Assembly (NCBI GenBank): GCA_029287615.1
Contig: JARFQV010000025.1
Span: 1 to 54,474, forward strand
Reading direction: 5' to 3'
From: Pseudomonadota bacterium
GTDB lineage: Bacteria > Pseudomonadota > Gammaproteobacteria > UBA9214
DNA: 54,474 nt
The first letter of the stretch is position 1. Every line of letters starts with the position of its first letter. The notes under the pieces are model-generated. The model was not told the DNA's origin and did no database searches. It saw nothing but the letters and a program-made list of their open reading frames with translations. Made by a program: the position numbers and the translations under genes. This document shows, one piece after another, positions 31,715 to 42,002 of this stretch.

Positions 31715-32134
31715 CTAGCTGTTGTAGCGCAGGTGATAGCAGTGCGGACGAAGACCCGGGGTGATGGAGCCGCTGCTGCCAACCAGGAAGACGGCATAGG
31801 CCGCCTTGCCCTGACACTCGGCCAGAGATCGCAGCTGCAGTTCAATATCCGTGTGGGGAGTCCAGGCTGGAAACTGGCAGAGCAGGTAGATAGCGTATTC
31901 CTTTCTGCCGAGAATGTATTTCAGGACATCGGCGGGCTCCCGAGTGCCGGAGATGCGCTCATCGGACCCGGACTCATGGAGACCCATGGCAGGCCGCCAC
32001 ATGAAAACCGGTGTTCCGGTGGCCCTTCCATAATCACGAAATGCGCGGGTCACCTGCTCCGTATCCAGGGTATCAATGGCAAACAGGGGGATATGTGATT
32101 CCACCATTTCACTGATCTGTGCCAGTTCTCCCAT
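31715..32134 (-). CDS. Hypothetical protein resembling the N-terminal domain of Ycf46-like AAA ATPases
   Basis: TAAGGAG RBS before ATG 32134; pattern PLFAIDT..., PVFMW...GL, EP..VL..I, IYLL..F..W; no P-loop. Confidence 0.6.
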   Translation of the reverse strand: MGELAQISEMVESHIPLFAIDTLDTEQVTRAFRDYGRATGTPVFMWRPAMGLHESGSDERISGTREPADVLKYILGRKEYAIYLLCQFPAWTPHTDIELQLRSLAECQGKAAYAVFLVGSSGSITPGLRPHCYHLRYNS

Positions 32135-32413
32135 GTGAGGGCACTCCTTATCTGCAACACATCGCCAGACCGCATTCCGCTTGTTCGGAAAATGTATTGT
32201 GAATACAAATCCCTGCTCGATCACCTCGCCCCGCGGTGAGAAATCCGGGCCGGGACCTGCCAAGTACTAACAATCACTAGTATAGAGGAAGTCAGGGATG
32301 GAAATTGTGCCATCTGTCATAAAAAGAGGATATCGTAGCTCGATGGAAACGCCGGTGGCGGGACCTGGCGGCAATAACCAGGCTCGGGTCGTCTGTCGGT
32401 GCCGGTATGCGGT

Positions 32414-33316
32414 TCATGCCGCGCATATCCGGTTACCGCCTTGTGATTTGGCCTGAAAGAGACTGAAGTCCGCCCGTTGCAGGAATGTGAGCAGATTGTC
32501 ATCGGTACGCAGTGTGTTGATGCCCGCGCTGACGGTTATCGAAACCGTTCCGAATACGCTTGGTAATTGCCGGCTGGAGACCATGGTGCACATTTCCCCT
32601 GCAAGTACGCTGGCGCTGTCTTTGTCCGTATCCCTCAGCAGTATCATGAATTCATCGCCCTTGCCCCGGAATAGGGTATCGATTCTACCGAGTACCTGGC
32701 CCATACAGCTCACTACGGTCTTCAGCACCTCGTCACCGGTCAGGCTCCCGTGTACTTCATTCAGATTCCGGAAGTGATCGATGTTCAGGACGATAATTGA
32801 CAATGGCAGCTCATGTTTCCTCGCGTAATTCATTTCCCTGCAGAGCATTTCCTTCAGAGCCACCCCGTCATGCAGGCCTGTCAGCGTATCCCTGTTGGCC
32901 ATTTGCAGGGCTTCCCTGTGAACGAGTGAATCCCGCAACGGCAGGAGAAGAATCGGCAGTAGTCCGCCGATCTGCTCGATCTCCTTGTCCGTGAATTTCC
33001 TGCGGCGATGAAATGTGAGTTCACCCAGAAATCTTGATCCCAGCATCAGTCTGCATCGGTGGCTGTGATAGGCGCATTGACCCAGTGTATATTCGATTCC
33101 CCTGGTTGCGTTGCGGTAATGGATTCCATGCAGCGGGACAGTGGATCGAAGCGTACCCGAGAAGAGTTCAAGCAGGTGTCTGGGGTCGCGTACTGACTGT
33201 AATCGACGTACCAGCGCCAGGGATGCAGATGTCAGAGTACTTCTGTATCCCGGGGCATCCTGAGGGGTCAGAGAGTTGACCGGAATTACGGATTCATCAG
33301 CTTGGCAGATCGTCAT
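32414..33316 (-). CDS. Degenerate GGDEF-domain protein
   Basis: RDTLTGL, NIDHFRNLNE.HG..GD, FRGKGDEF in place of GGDEF, and RAD..L..AK..GGN. Confidence 0.85.
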   Translation of the reverse strand: MTICQADESVIPVNSLTPQDAPGYRSTLTSASLALVRRLQSVRDPRHLLELFSGTLRSTVPLHGIHYRNATRGIEYTLGQCAYHSHRCRLMLGSRFLGELTFHRRRKFTDKEIEQIGGLLPILLLPLRDSLVHREALQMANRDTLTGLHDGVALKEMLCREMNYARKHELPLSIIVLNIDHFRNLNEVHGSLTGDEVLKTVVSCMGQVLGRIDTLFRGKGDEFMILLRDTDKDSASVLAGEMCTMVSSRQLPSVFGTVSITVSAGINTLRTDDNLLTFLQRADFSLFQAKSQGGNRICAA

Positions 33317-33355
33317 GATACGAACTCCCGTTGTTTTGCGGTACCACTGAATCTA

Positions 33356-33371
33356 TGCCATTGTCGTGCCA
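33356..33371 (-). promoter_or_regulatory. sigma54 (-24/-12) promoter upstream of the degenerate GGDEF gene
   Basis: Minus strand TGGCACG-ACAA-TGGCA versus consensus TGGCACG-N4-TTGCW, about 40 nt upstream of the ATG. Confidence 0.65.
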
Positions 33372-33446
33372 GTTTTGCAGCTTTCCAATAAATGGTTAGT
33401 AAACATATCCTTGTCGTATTTTGATTCCGATACGACTATGCTTACT

Positions 33447-33460
33447 GTCAAGCGAATGAC
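33447..33460. promoter_or_regulatory. Candidate enhancer-binding-protein site (FleQ-box-like palindrome)
   Basis: GTCA-AGCGAA-TGAC, about 75-90 nt upstream of the sigma54 -24 element. Confidence 0.4.
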
Positions 33461-33592
33461 GAATAGCGCGGATAAACAGCATCATTGTGTGGGAACTTTG
33501 ACGTTCGGGGATAGAGATTGACGATGGCGGTGCGCATCCCCCGGATGTTGACTGAAATAACATCCTTACTGAACAAGAGGAGTGTGTCGTTT

Positions 33593-34627
33593 ATGTGGAT
33601 GCGATTCATCATGAGTGCTCTGTTACTCGCCTGTTTCCCCGCTGGCGCAGGCGAGGTACCGGCAGAGAGCCTGGGTGCAGGCTATGTCAATCCGGGTTAT
33701 GAGGATAAACCGGGGTGGTTTGTTAACTCGTTTCTCGATATACGTGAGGATGTTGCCGAGGCTGCGGCAGATGGCAAACAGGTGATCCTCTACTTTTACC
33801 AGGATGGTTGTCCCTACTGTAAAAAACTCCTGGAGACCAATTTTACTCTGCGGGAAATCGTGGAAAAGACACGCAGCCGGTATCATGTCATCGCGATCAA
33901 CATGTGGGGGGATCGGGAAGTCACAGATTTCAATGGCGAATTGACTACCGAAAAGTCATTCGCGAGTGGCCTGCGCATCATGTTTACCCCCACAATGCTA
34001 TTCCTGGATGACAGGGGGCAGGTTGTTTTGCGTGTCAACGGTTACTACCCGCCGCGCAAGTTTGATGCCGCGCTGGACTATGCGGCGGAACACACTGGAC
34101 GTTCACCAGGCTTCGCAGAATTTTATGCGGGTCTGGAATCCGGTTCGCCGGGGGGTAGACTGCACACCGATCCGGGTTATTTACAGCCACCATACCGCCT
34201 GGCGGCGCGTGAAAGTGAAAAACCGCTCCTGGTCCTGTTTGAGCAGAAGGATTGCCCGCCTTGTGATGAATTGCATCTCGATATATTGCAACGGCCCGAG
34301 AGTCGCGAGCTACTTGACAGGTTCGATGTGGCGTTGCTGGATATCCATTCCCGTGAAATGCTGCAGCGAGCGGACCGGATTGAAAGCAGTGCGGCTGATT
34401 GGGCCAGGGATCTGGAGATACAGTATGTACCCGCGCTGGTTTTTTTCGATGACCGGGGCAGGGAGGTTTTCCGGGCAGAGGCATGGTTCCGGTCTTTTCA
34501 TATCCAGTCCGTTTTGGACTATGTAGCCTCGGGAGCCTACCTTGAGCAGCCCGACTTCCAGCGTTTTATCGCTGCCCGTGCCGATGCACTGGAGGCGCAG
34601 GGAATCCACGTGGACCTGATGGATTAA
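33593..34627 (+). CDS. soxW: Periplasmic tandem-thioredoxin protein, SoxW-like
   Basis: Signal peptide; WF.NSFLDIREDV.EA, two thioredoxin motifs CPYC and CPPC, FTPT; GAGGAG RBS. Confidence 0.75.
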   Translation: MWMRFIMSALLLACFPAGAGEVPAESLGAGYVNPGYEDKPGWFVNSFLDIREDVAEAAADGKQVILYFYQDGCPYCKKLLETNFTLREIVEKTRSRYHVIAINMWGDREVTDFNGELTTEKSFASGLRIMFTPTMLFLDDRGQVVLRVNGYYPPRKFDAALDYAAEHTGRSPGFAEFYAGLESGSPGGRLHTDPGYLQPPYRLAARESEKPLLVLFEQKDCPPCDELHLDILQRPESRELLDRFDVALLDIHSREMLQRADRIESSAADWARDLEIQYVPALVFFDDRGREVFRAEAWFRSFHIQSVLDYVASGAYLEQPDFQRFIAARADALEAQGIHVDLMD

Positions 34628-34638
34628 CGGATGGTGTG

Positions 34639-35406
34639 TCAACCGGGGAATGCGCGGGCATCGAACTGCTGGCCGGTGACCCCCCTGCTGTCCGGGCCCA
34701 TCAGGTACAGGTAGACGGGAACGACAGCATCGGGCAGGGGCAGTTTCCCGGGATTCTCGCCCGGGTAGGCGAGGGTTCGCAGGGCACTGCGGACCGGGCC
34801 CGGATCAATGCTGTTGACCCGGATTCGCGTATTGGTCTCCGTCTCATCCGCCAGTATCTGCATCATGCATTCCACTCCGGCCTTGGCAATTCCATAAGCG
34901 CCCCAGTAGGCACGGCCCTGCCTGCCGGTTTCATCCGATGTGAACACAATCGAGGCATCGCCGGATTGCACCAGTAGTTCCAGGCAGGCCCGGGTGAGCA
35001 GGAATGGCGCAGTGAGATTGACCTGGATCGACTGAAACCACAACTCGGTATCGAAGTGGGTGAGAGGGGCAAGTGCTCCCAGCAGGGCTGCATTGTGCAG
35101 CAGACCGTCGAGCCGGCCGAATTCCTTGCGGATGGTTACAGCCAGGTTTTCGTAATCTTGCGGGGTGGCGCCACAGAGATCCAGCGGGTATATCGCTGCC
35201 TGTGGTCCGCCTGCATCCTCGATTTCATCATAGACGGACTCCAGTTTACGCACCGTCCTTCCCAGCAGTATCACGGTAGCGCCGTGCCGGGCGAATGCAG
35301 TCGCCGTTGCCCGGCCGATTCCGCTTCCTGCCCCGGTTATCAGGATGATCCGGTCTGTCAACAGATCAGGCGCGGCTATCCAGTCCTTTATGTCAGTATT
35401 GACCAT
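34639..35406 (-). CDS. yciK: YciK-family short-chain dehydrogenase/reductase
   Basis: TGAGSGIG, GRLDGLLHNA, GRAYWGAYGIAK and AYPGENP motifs. Confidence 0.88.
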   Translation of the reverse strand: MVNTDIKDWIAAPDLLTDRIILITGAGSGIGRATATAFARHGATVILLGRTVRKLESVYDEIEDAGGPQAAIYPLDLCGATPQDYENLAVTIRKEFGRLDGLLHNAALLGALAPLTHFDTELWFQSIQVNLTAPFLLTRACLELLVQSGDASIVFTSDETGRQGRAYWGAYGIAKAGVECMMQILADETETNTRIRVNSIDPGPVRSALRTLAYPGENPGKLPLPDAVVPVYLYLMGPDSRGVTGQQFDARAFPG

Positions 35407-35447
35407 GGTACTTCCTGATTGGCGATGCGGCAGTCATCATGCGGCTA

Positions 35448-35456
35448 ATTGTACCA
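35448..35456 (-). promoter_or_regulatory. Candidate extended -10 promoter for yciK
   Basis: Minus strand TGgTACAAT about 42 nt upstream of the ATG. Confidence 0.4.
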
Positions 35457-35608
35457 GCCCGGGAGGATGAACTGGGCAAGGATCGTTCTGGTCGTCCTGA
35501 CTGTGCCCCGGCGACCGGATGGATAGTGCGGGATTGACGGTTCTTGCGCCCTGTATTTGAATGTTCGGGCTGAATTCCGAATGGAGAGGAACCGGATACG
35601 GATACCGA

Positions 35609-36889
35609 TCAGGTAGTACTTTCCTCGGTTTTACGGTTCTCTACCTGTCGTGAAGATCGTTCCACCTGCACCGGCCCGGATATCGGTCTGCACTCGGGAA
35701 TACCCATCTCGGTGAACTTCCGCGCACCTGGCATTACACGGCTGTCGAAGGAACCGACTGCCTTGTTGAATGCATGCACACTACCATCCAGGTTCTTCCC
35801 GACCTGTGCCAGATGTTCGGCAAAGGTGGACAGTCTCGCATACAGGTCCTGGCCAACATCCCTGATCCGGTCTGCATTCCTGGCCAGCGTCTCCTGGCGC
35901 CAACCGTAGGCAACGGCCCGCATCAGGGCGACGAGACTCGATGGGGTCGCAAGCACAACCTTGCGATTCAGGGCATCCTCAAGCAGTTGCGGATCGATCT
36001 CCAGTGCTGCGCTCAGGAACTGGTCTCCCGGTATGAACAGCACCACGAATTCCAGCGCATGACTGAACTGTTCCCAGTAGGATTTGGCGGACAGTTCGCG
36101 AACCCGCTCGCGTACCTTTCTGGCATGTCGTTTCAGCGCCTGCTCCTGCGCCTCGTCATCGCTTGCCTCCACTGCGGTGAGGTAGGCGTCCAGCGGGGTC
36201 TTGGCATCGATAATCAGTTCACGACCACCTGGCATCCGTACGATCATGTCGGGACGGATCTGCCCGTCTTCGGTGTCGACGGTTTCCTGCTGGTAGAAGT
36301 CGCAATGCTCCGACATTCCAGCCAGTTCAGCCAGACGCTTGAGTGTTATCTCTCCCCATTGCCCGCGTATCTCGGGTCGGCGCAATGCCTGGACAAGGTT
36401 GCGGGTCTCGCCCCGCAGTTCGCGTTGAGACTCGACCATGCCCTGCAGATGCTGGGCCAGGGCGCCCTGTGCCTCCTTTCGTTCATTCTCCATGCGGCGC
36501 ATTTCGGTTTCAGTCCTGGCGAGTGCTTCACGGATCGGCTTGACCAGCCCCCTGACTGCCTGTTCCCGCTCGGCAAGTGTGCCCTCGGCCCTGATGTGTA
36601 GTTGTTTGAGGTTTTCCTGCGCCAGCTTGATGAATTCGGTGCTGTTGTTTTTCAATGCCTCGCCGGCCAGGCTGTTGAAGGTATGTGTCAACTGGCGGCG
36701 GGCCTGCAGGTGGGCTACCTCCCGATCCTGCGCTGCATGGCGTTCCGCCTCGAGCTCCGTGTTCAGGCGTATATTGCTGGCGCGCAGTTCATTGATCTTG
36801 CGGTTGCCACTCAGATAGGCAATCAGCGCACCTACCTCTGCTGCCAGCAGGGTTGCCAGGACGATGATGAGTATCTGATGCCCGTCCAC
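35609..36889 (-). CDS. rmuC: DNA recombination protein RmuC
   Basis: N-terminal TM helix and coiled coil; RGQWGE, RPDMIV, IDAKTP, KSYW and LATPSSL motifs; probable GTG start at 36889. Confidence 0.93.
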   Translation of the reverse strand: MDGHQILIIVLATLLAAEVGALIAYLSGNRKINELRASNIRLNTELEAERHAAQDREVAHLQARRQLTHTFNSLAGEALKNNSTEFIKLAQENLKQLHIRAEGTLAEREQAVRGLVKPIREALARTETEMRRMENERKEAQGALAQHLQGMVESQRELRGETRNLVQALRRPEIRGQWGEITLKRLAELAGMSEHCDFYQQETVDTEDGQIRPDMIVRMPGGRELIIDAKTPLDAYLTAVEASDDEAQEQALKRHARKVRERVRELSAKSYWEQFSHALEFVVLFIPGDQFLSAALEIDPQLLEDALNRKVVLATPSSLVALMRAVAYGWRQETLARNADRIRDVGQDLYARLSTFAEHLAQVGKNLDGSVHAFNKAVGSFDSRVMPGARKFTEMGIPECRPISGPVQVERSSRQVENRKTEESTT

Positions 36890-36896
36890 CGTTTCG

Positions 36897-37595
36897 CTAT
36901 CCGCTTGCCGGGTCGTCCAGCCACGCCAGGAGAGACAGGGGGTCCTCCAGCAATCCGTCTGCGCCCCACATTGCGGGATCGTCTTCCTCGCCGATGTAGC
37001 CGAACAGTGCAACCAGTGTATACATACCGGCGCTCTTGCCGGCTTCGATATCGCGCTGGGCATCCCCGATATAGACACATTCGGAGGCATGGCTTCCGGT
37101 CTGGTCGCAGGCGTGCAACATGGGAGCCGGATGTGGTTTTCGTTTATCCAGTGTATCCCCGGAAACAATGCAGCTGGTACGACCGGACAGTTGCAGACCC
37201 TGCAAAAGCGGCTCAGTCAGCCAGGAGGGCTTGTTGGTCACCACACCCCAGTTCAGGCCGCGTTGCTCGATGGAATGCAGCAATTTCTCCATCCCGGGGA
37301 AAAGCGAGGTCTTCCTGCAGAGATTTTCCCGGTAGATGTCCAGCAGTCGCAGTCGCAGGGGTTCGAATCCGGGGTGTTGCGGATCGAGCCCGAAGCCGAG
37401 CTGTATGAGAGCGATCCCGCCGTGCGAAACGACCGGTCGGATAGATTCATAGGAAAGCGGTCTTCGCTTGTGTTCCGCCAGCACCGTGTTCAGTGAAAAG
37501 GCAAGATCCGGTGCAGTATCGAGCAGGGTTCCGTCAAGGTCGAACAGGACGGTACGAATGGGCGATGCCGCATAGCTTGCCTGCGTGGTGTTCAT
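36897..37595 (-). CDS. gph: HAD phosphatase of the phosphoglycolate phosphatase/MupP type
   Basis: FDLDGTLLDTAPD, VTNKP, KPHPAP and YIGDAQRDIEAG; ubiG-gph synteny (could instead be the MurNAc-6P phosphatase MupP). Confidence 0.8.
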   Translation of the reverse strand: MNTTQASYAASPIRTVLFDLDGTLLDTAPDLAFSLNTVLAEHKRRPLSYESIRPVVSHGGIALIQLGFGLDPQHPGFEPLRLRLLDIYRENLCRKTSLFPGMEKLLHSIEQRGLNWGVVTNKPSWLTEPLLQGLQLSGRTSCIVSGDTLDKRKPHPAPMLHACDQTGSHASECVYIGDAQRDIEAGKSAGMYTLVALFGYIGEEDDPAMWGADGLLEDPLSLLAWLDDPASG

Positions 37596-37605
37596 CGATG
37601 TGGAC

Positions 37606-38313
37606 TCATGCCTTCCTGAAACAGGCGATATAGTTGACGGAAACATCATCGCCCAGCCGGTATTCCCTTGTGAGCGGGTTGTAGCTCAGGCCGGTGATAT
37701 CCTCAAGTTCCAGGCCGGCATGCCGGGACCATCGATCGAGTTCCGATGGTCGTATAAACTTGCGGTAGTCGTGGGTTCCCCTGGGCAACAGGCGCAGGAT
37801 ATGTTCGGCACCGATCACGGCAAAAAGATAGGCCTTCGGATTCCGGTTTATCGTCGAAAAGAAAACATGGCCGCCCGTCTTCACCAGTCGCGAGCAGGAA
37901 TGGACAACCGATTCGGGTACGGGAACATGCTCGAGCATTTCTAGACAGGTTACCGTATCGTACCTACCGGGCCTGCTGGCTGCCAGCGCCTCTGCGGTTG
38001 TTTGCTGATAATCGATTTCCAGGCCGGATTCATGCTGATGCAGGCGGGCAACCGCAAGGGGGGATTTTCCCATATCGATTCCGGTTACATCGGCGCCCTT
38101 TGCTGCCATGGCCTCGGTCAGCAGGCCACCGCCGCAACCAACGTCCACCACCTGTTTACCCCGCAGTGAGCCGTATCTCAGGATGTAATCAAGACGCAGG
38201 GGATTGATATCGTGAAGCGGTTTGAATTCGCTGTCGGGATCCCACCAGCGTGAAGCCAGTTTTTCGAATTTGGCGACTTCACCGGGATCGATATTGGATG
38301 TGGTTCCTGACAT
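37606..38313 (-). CDS. ubiG: Ubiquinone biosynthesis O-methyltransferase
   Basis: [33 protein letters not shown] and GTHDY motifs. Confidence 0.97.
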   Translation of the reverse strand: MSGTTSNIDPGEVAKFEKLASRWWDPDSEFKPLHDINPLRLDYILRYGSLRGKQVVDVGCGGGLLTEAMAAKGADVTGIDMGKSPLAVARLHQHESGLEIDYQQTTAEALAASRPGRYDTVTCLEMLEHVPVPESVVHSCSRLVKTGGHVFFSTINRNPKAYLFAVIGAEHILRLLPRGTHDYRKFIRPSELDRWSRHAGLELEDITGLSYNPLTREYRLGDDVSVNYIACFRKA

Positions 38314-38419
38314 CGACTCATAGAATAGCCTGATTATGGTCAGGAGGAAAGTTTGCTACCCGGATTCGAGCCCTGCGCGGGATAGAGCCCCGTTTGTCAG
38401 CAGACGCTACCGATTGAAA

Positions 38420-39748
38420 CTACGTACCATCCTCTGAATGCCGGATCCGAGTCTGCCAGCCGCGCGCGCGGCTGAGTATCTCGTCCTTGTCGAGGGTAGT
38501 CAGTGTGCGTTCCTTCAGCAGGTGCTGACCGGCGACCCATACATCCGTTACCTTGTCGCGCCCGCTTGCATAGATGAGTTGCGAGACAGGATCATACAGG
38601 GGTTGTGTTTCTATATGATCGAGACCTATGGCGGTGATATCCGCCCACTTGCCGGGCTCCAGCGAGCCCGTCATGTCCGCGATGCCAAGGGCCTTTGCTC
38701 CATGGAGGGTAGCCATGCGCAATACCCGGTGCGCGGGCAGGGCGCTTGCATCGCCGGCAATTGCCTTGCCCAGCAGGGCAGCGGTGCGTGCCTCTCCAAG
38801 CATGTCCTGGTCGTTGTTGCTGGCCGCACCATCGGTTCCCAGGGCGATCGTGATTCCGGCATCCTCGAGTCTGCGGACCTCGCAGAAGCCACTGGCCAGT
38901 TTCAGATTGGATTCCGGGCAGTGGACGATACTCGCGCCGGCATCCGCAAAAAGCCGGATCTCCTCTTCCTGCAAACGGGTCATGTGTACCGCTAGTAGTG
39001 AGGGGGAAAGCAGTCCGAGTCTGCGCAGCCGTTCCAGCGGGCGCATCCCGTTCTTCTCCACGGCCTGTTGCACCTCATCGGCGGTTTCATGCAGATGTAT
39101 GTGAATTCCGATCTCGAGTTCGTCCGAAAGTATCCGTATGCGTTCCAGGGAATCATCGGAGACCGAGTAGGGCGCATGGGGGGCGAACATGCTGTGAACC
39201 AGCGGATTGCCCCGGAACCGGTCATGAACCGCCAGGCCCTTTGCAAGATATTCATCCGGAGTGCTGGCCCATGGTGTCGGGAAGTCGATAACGATCAGAC
39301 CCACGCAGGCGCGAATACCGGCCATGTCGGCGGTTCGAGCGGTAACCTCGGGAAAGAAATACATATCGTTGAAACAGGTTGTGCCGCCGCGCAGCATTTC
39401 GGCAATGGCCAGTTGCACCCCGTCATGAACGAACTCGTCGTTTACGCAGCGGGATTCAACCGGCCAGATATGCTGATTCAGCCACTCCATCAGCGGAAGA
39501 TCGTCTGCAAGTCCTCGCATCAGGCTCATCGCTGCGTGTGTATGTGCATTGATAAAGCCGGGTGTCAGGACATGACTGTCCAGCCGGTTGACGGTCCTGG
39601 CGAGGTATTTTTCCTGTGCCGCGGGTGCAGGCAATACCTCCAGAATGCGCCCTTCATGCACTGCCAGGCAATGATCTTCGAGTGTGGTCCCCTCCGGTTC
39701 CACGGGGACGATCCAGCGTCCCTGAATCAGGGTGTCTATTTCATGCAT
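38420..39748 (-). CDS. mtaD: TRZ/ATZ-family amidohydrolase (5-methylthioadenosine/S-adenosylhomocysteine deaminase)
   Basis: PGFINAHTH, HLHET, HCPESNLKLASG and GTDGAASNND; conserved position next to ubiG and mtnA. Confidence 0.85.
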   Translation of the reverse strand: MHEIDTLIQGRWIVPVEPEGTTLEDHCLAVHEGRILEVLPAPAAQEKYLARTVNRLDSHVLTPGFINAHTHAAMSLMRGLADDLPLMEWLNQHIWPVESRCVNDEFVHDGVQLAIAEMLRGGTTCFNDMYFFPEVTARTADMAGIRACVGLIVIDFPTPWASTPDEYLAKGLAVHDRFRGNPLVHSMFAPHAPYSVSDDSLERIRILSDELEIGIHIHLHETADEVQQAVEKNGMRPLERLRRLGLLSPSLLAVHMTRLQEEEIRLFADAGASIVHCPESNLKLASGFCEVRRLEDAGITIALGTDGAASNNDQDMLGEARTAALLGKAIAGDASALPAHRVLRMATLHGAKALGIADMTGSLEPGKWADITAIGLDHIETQPLYDPVSQLIYASGRDKVTDVWVAGQHLLKERTLTTLDKDEILSRARGWQTRIRHSEDGT

Positions 39749-39837
39749 TGGTACGAGTGCAATCCAGTCATGCAGTGAACAAGTATGTCATTTCGTCGCC
39801 TGTTCGGACAGGGGCGGGGTGGAAGTGAGAGAGAGAT

Positions 39838-39873
39838 AAAAAAAACCCGCTGATCCCGTTCGGGATCAGCGGG
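39838..39873 (-). terminator. Rho-independent terminator of the OmpA-family gene
   Basis: cccgctgatcccg-tt-cgggatcagcggg hairpin followed by a U8 tract on the minus strand. Confidence 0.9.
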
Positions 39874-39908
39874 CCTGCTATCGACAGTACCGATAGCGTG
39901 AGAACTGC

Positions 39909-40535
39909 TTACTGCTGGCGCTGCCGTACGCCGATGATGAGTTCCACGCGGCGGTTCAGTGCCCGTCCTTCGCGGGTATCATTGCTGGCAACCGGGTTCA
40001 ACTCACCCTCACCGCGAGTGGTGATCAAATCCCCGTCTGCATCATGATGCTCCACGAGATAATCCTCGACTGCCTGGGCGCGTCTCTCCGACAGACCCTG
40101 GTTGTATTCCTCGGTACCGATGCTGTCGGTGTGGCCAACCAGTTCGACACTCAGCAATTCCGCAGACTTGTCCTGCTCCTTCATGCGGATACGCTCGGCA
40201 ATTGCTGCCATCTCATCGGCAGCCTCGGGCTTGATAACCGTGCTGTCGAAGTCGAACAGTACATCAGAGGATATCGTGATGGTCTCGAAGACCGGCTCCA
40301 TGACGACCGGTTCCTCTTCTTCAACGAACAGGTCCGGATCGCACTCGATGACTGCTTCGCCCAGATACGGCGTGCGGACACAATCACCCTGGCTGTCACG
40401 TACAGGGGTGCCATCCGACGCCTGGACTCTTTCCTTGACTACGTAGTCGTCAGCCTGTACCAGACTGCCATAGGCAGTCAGGGCACCCGCTGCAAACAGC
40501 GTAATCACTCCCTTGGACAAAATTTTACTCTTCAT
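39909..40535 (-). CDS. OmpA-family peptidoglycan-binding periplasmic/outer-membrane-associated protein (no beta-barrel)
   Basis: Signal peptide; LFDFD, GHTDSIG..YNQGLSERRA, GE..PVASN and NRRVE motifs. Confidence 0.92.
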   Translation of the reverse strand: MKSKILSKGVITLFAAGALTAYGSLVQADDYVVKERVQASDGTPVRDSQGDCVRTPYLGEAVIECDPDLFVEEEEPVVMEPVFETITISSDVLFDFDSTVIKPEAADEMAAIAERIRMKEQDKSAELLSVELVGHTDSIGTEEYNQGLSERRAQAVEDYLVEHHDADGDLITTRGEGELNPVASNDTREGRALNRRVELIIGVRQRQQ

Positions 40536-40786
40536 TTTTCAACTCCCGTATCTATCAAATTGAATCAGTTTTCTTCGTAATCCTGCGACTGTGTGGGCAA
40601 TGACAACAGGTGCCTGCTTACGAACTGCGCCTAATAACAAGGTGATTGTACACCGTGAATCTACAACAATCGAGACTTTTTTACAACATATTGTCTCATG
40701 CAGGCTACATTATTTATTTTAGTCTGTGTAATCCATAACTTAGTTATCTCCATTATAATACGGCTGGCATCGATGGGGATATCAAA

Positions 40787-41842
40787 ATGATTCAACAGGA
40801 TACAATTTGTGCCATAGAATGGCTGGAAGACGGTCTGCGGCTGCTGGATCAGCGGGTTTTGCCCCGTAATGAGGCATCGATTCTGATTCGGGATGTTGCC
40901 GGTGTCGCAGACGCCATTCGCGAGATGGTTGTGCGCGGGGCTCCGGCAATCGGAATTACCGCGGCCTATGGCGTGGTCCTCGCCGCGCGATCCCGTTATG
41001 CGGAATCACCGGAGCACTGGAAGGAATTGCTGGAGGGAGATCTGCAGCTGCTTTTCGCGGCGCGTCCCACGGCGATCAACCTGGCCTGGGCCCTGGATCG
41101 CATGCGTAGTCGCGCCAGGGGGGTCGAGGGGGATCCGGGGCAAGTACTTGCGGCCGAGGCATGTGCCATTCACGAGGAGGATATCCGGGTAAACCGGCAT
41201 ATGGGGGCGCTGGGGGCGGATGAACTCGGCTCCGGCGTATCCATCCTGACACACTGTAATACAGGTTCCCTGGCCACTGGTGGTTATGGAACCGCACTGG
41301 GTGTTATTCGCAGTGCAAGGCAAGCCGGCAAGCTGGAGAGGGTCTATGCGGATGAAACGCGGCCCTGGTTGCAGGGCGCCAGACTGACCGCCTGGGAACT
41401 GGAAAGAGACGGAATCCCGGTTACTCTACTGGTCGACGGGGCTGCAGCCAGCCTTATGCAGCAGGGTCAGGTGCAGTGGGTAATCGTGGGGGCTGACCGT
41501 ATTGCCGGTAACGGTGATGTGGCAAACAAGATCGGCACCTACAGCCTGGCGGTCGCGGCAAGATACCATGGTGTCAAATTCATGGTGGTCGCGCCCACAT
41601 CGACGGTGGACATGTCCCTTGACAACGGGGGGCGCATTCCCATCGAGTGCCGTCCTGCAGACGAGGTGTTAAACCTTGCCGGGGTGCCCGTGGCAGCGGA
41701 GGGCGCCGATGCCTGGAATCCGGTTTTCGATATTACGCCTGCGGGTCTGATCGATGTTATCGTCACCGAGCGCGGGGTCGTCAAACAGCCGGATCCGGCC
41801 CGGATGGCTGACATGATGTCATCGCGTTCCTTCGGGTTCTGA
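40787..41842 (+). CDS. mtnA: Methylthioribose-1-phosphate isomerase
   Basis: [33 protein letters not shown] and NKIGTY motifs. Confidence 0.96.
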   Translation: MIQQDTICAIEWLEDGLRLLDQRVLPRNEASILIRDVAGVADAIREMVVRGAPAIGITAAYGVVLAARSRYAESPEHWKELLEGDLQLLFAARPTAINLAWALDRMRSRARGVEGDPGQVLAAEACAIHEEDIRVNRHMGALGADELGSGVSILTHCNTGSLATGGYGTALGVIRSARQAGKLERVYADETRPWLQGARLTAWELERDGIPVTLLVDGAAASLMQQGQVQWVIVGADRIAGNGDVANKIGTYSLAVAARYHGVKFMVVAPTSTVDMSLDNGGRIPIECRPADEVLNLAGVPVAAEGADAWNPVFDITPAGLIDVIVTERGVVKQPDPARMADMMSSRSFGF

Positions 41843-42002
41843 TATCTAATTCCTTTCAAGCTGGCCTGAGAAGGTCTCTGCGGTGATATTTTATTGATGC
41901 AGTGCTCGTATGGGGTGTGTTAATATCGTCCGGATATGCCTCTCCAGGGGCTTCTGGACGGTAAAATAACCGGATTCTGGCAGAACGTGAAAAATTCCCC
42001 CA

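Noticed and set aside
36890-37168. Apparent long N-terminal extension of RmuC in the ORF track
   Set aside because: It overlaps the gph CDS in another frame; RmuC most plausibly starts at GTG 36889, just before its TM helix.
40662-40688. tacaaca direct repeat (20-bp period) between the OmpA-family gene and mtnA
   Set aside because: Could be a response-regulator site, but a 7-mer pair in an AT-rich spacer is too weak to call.
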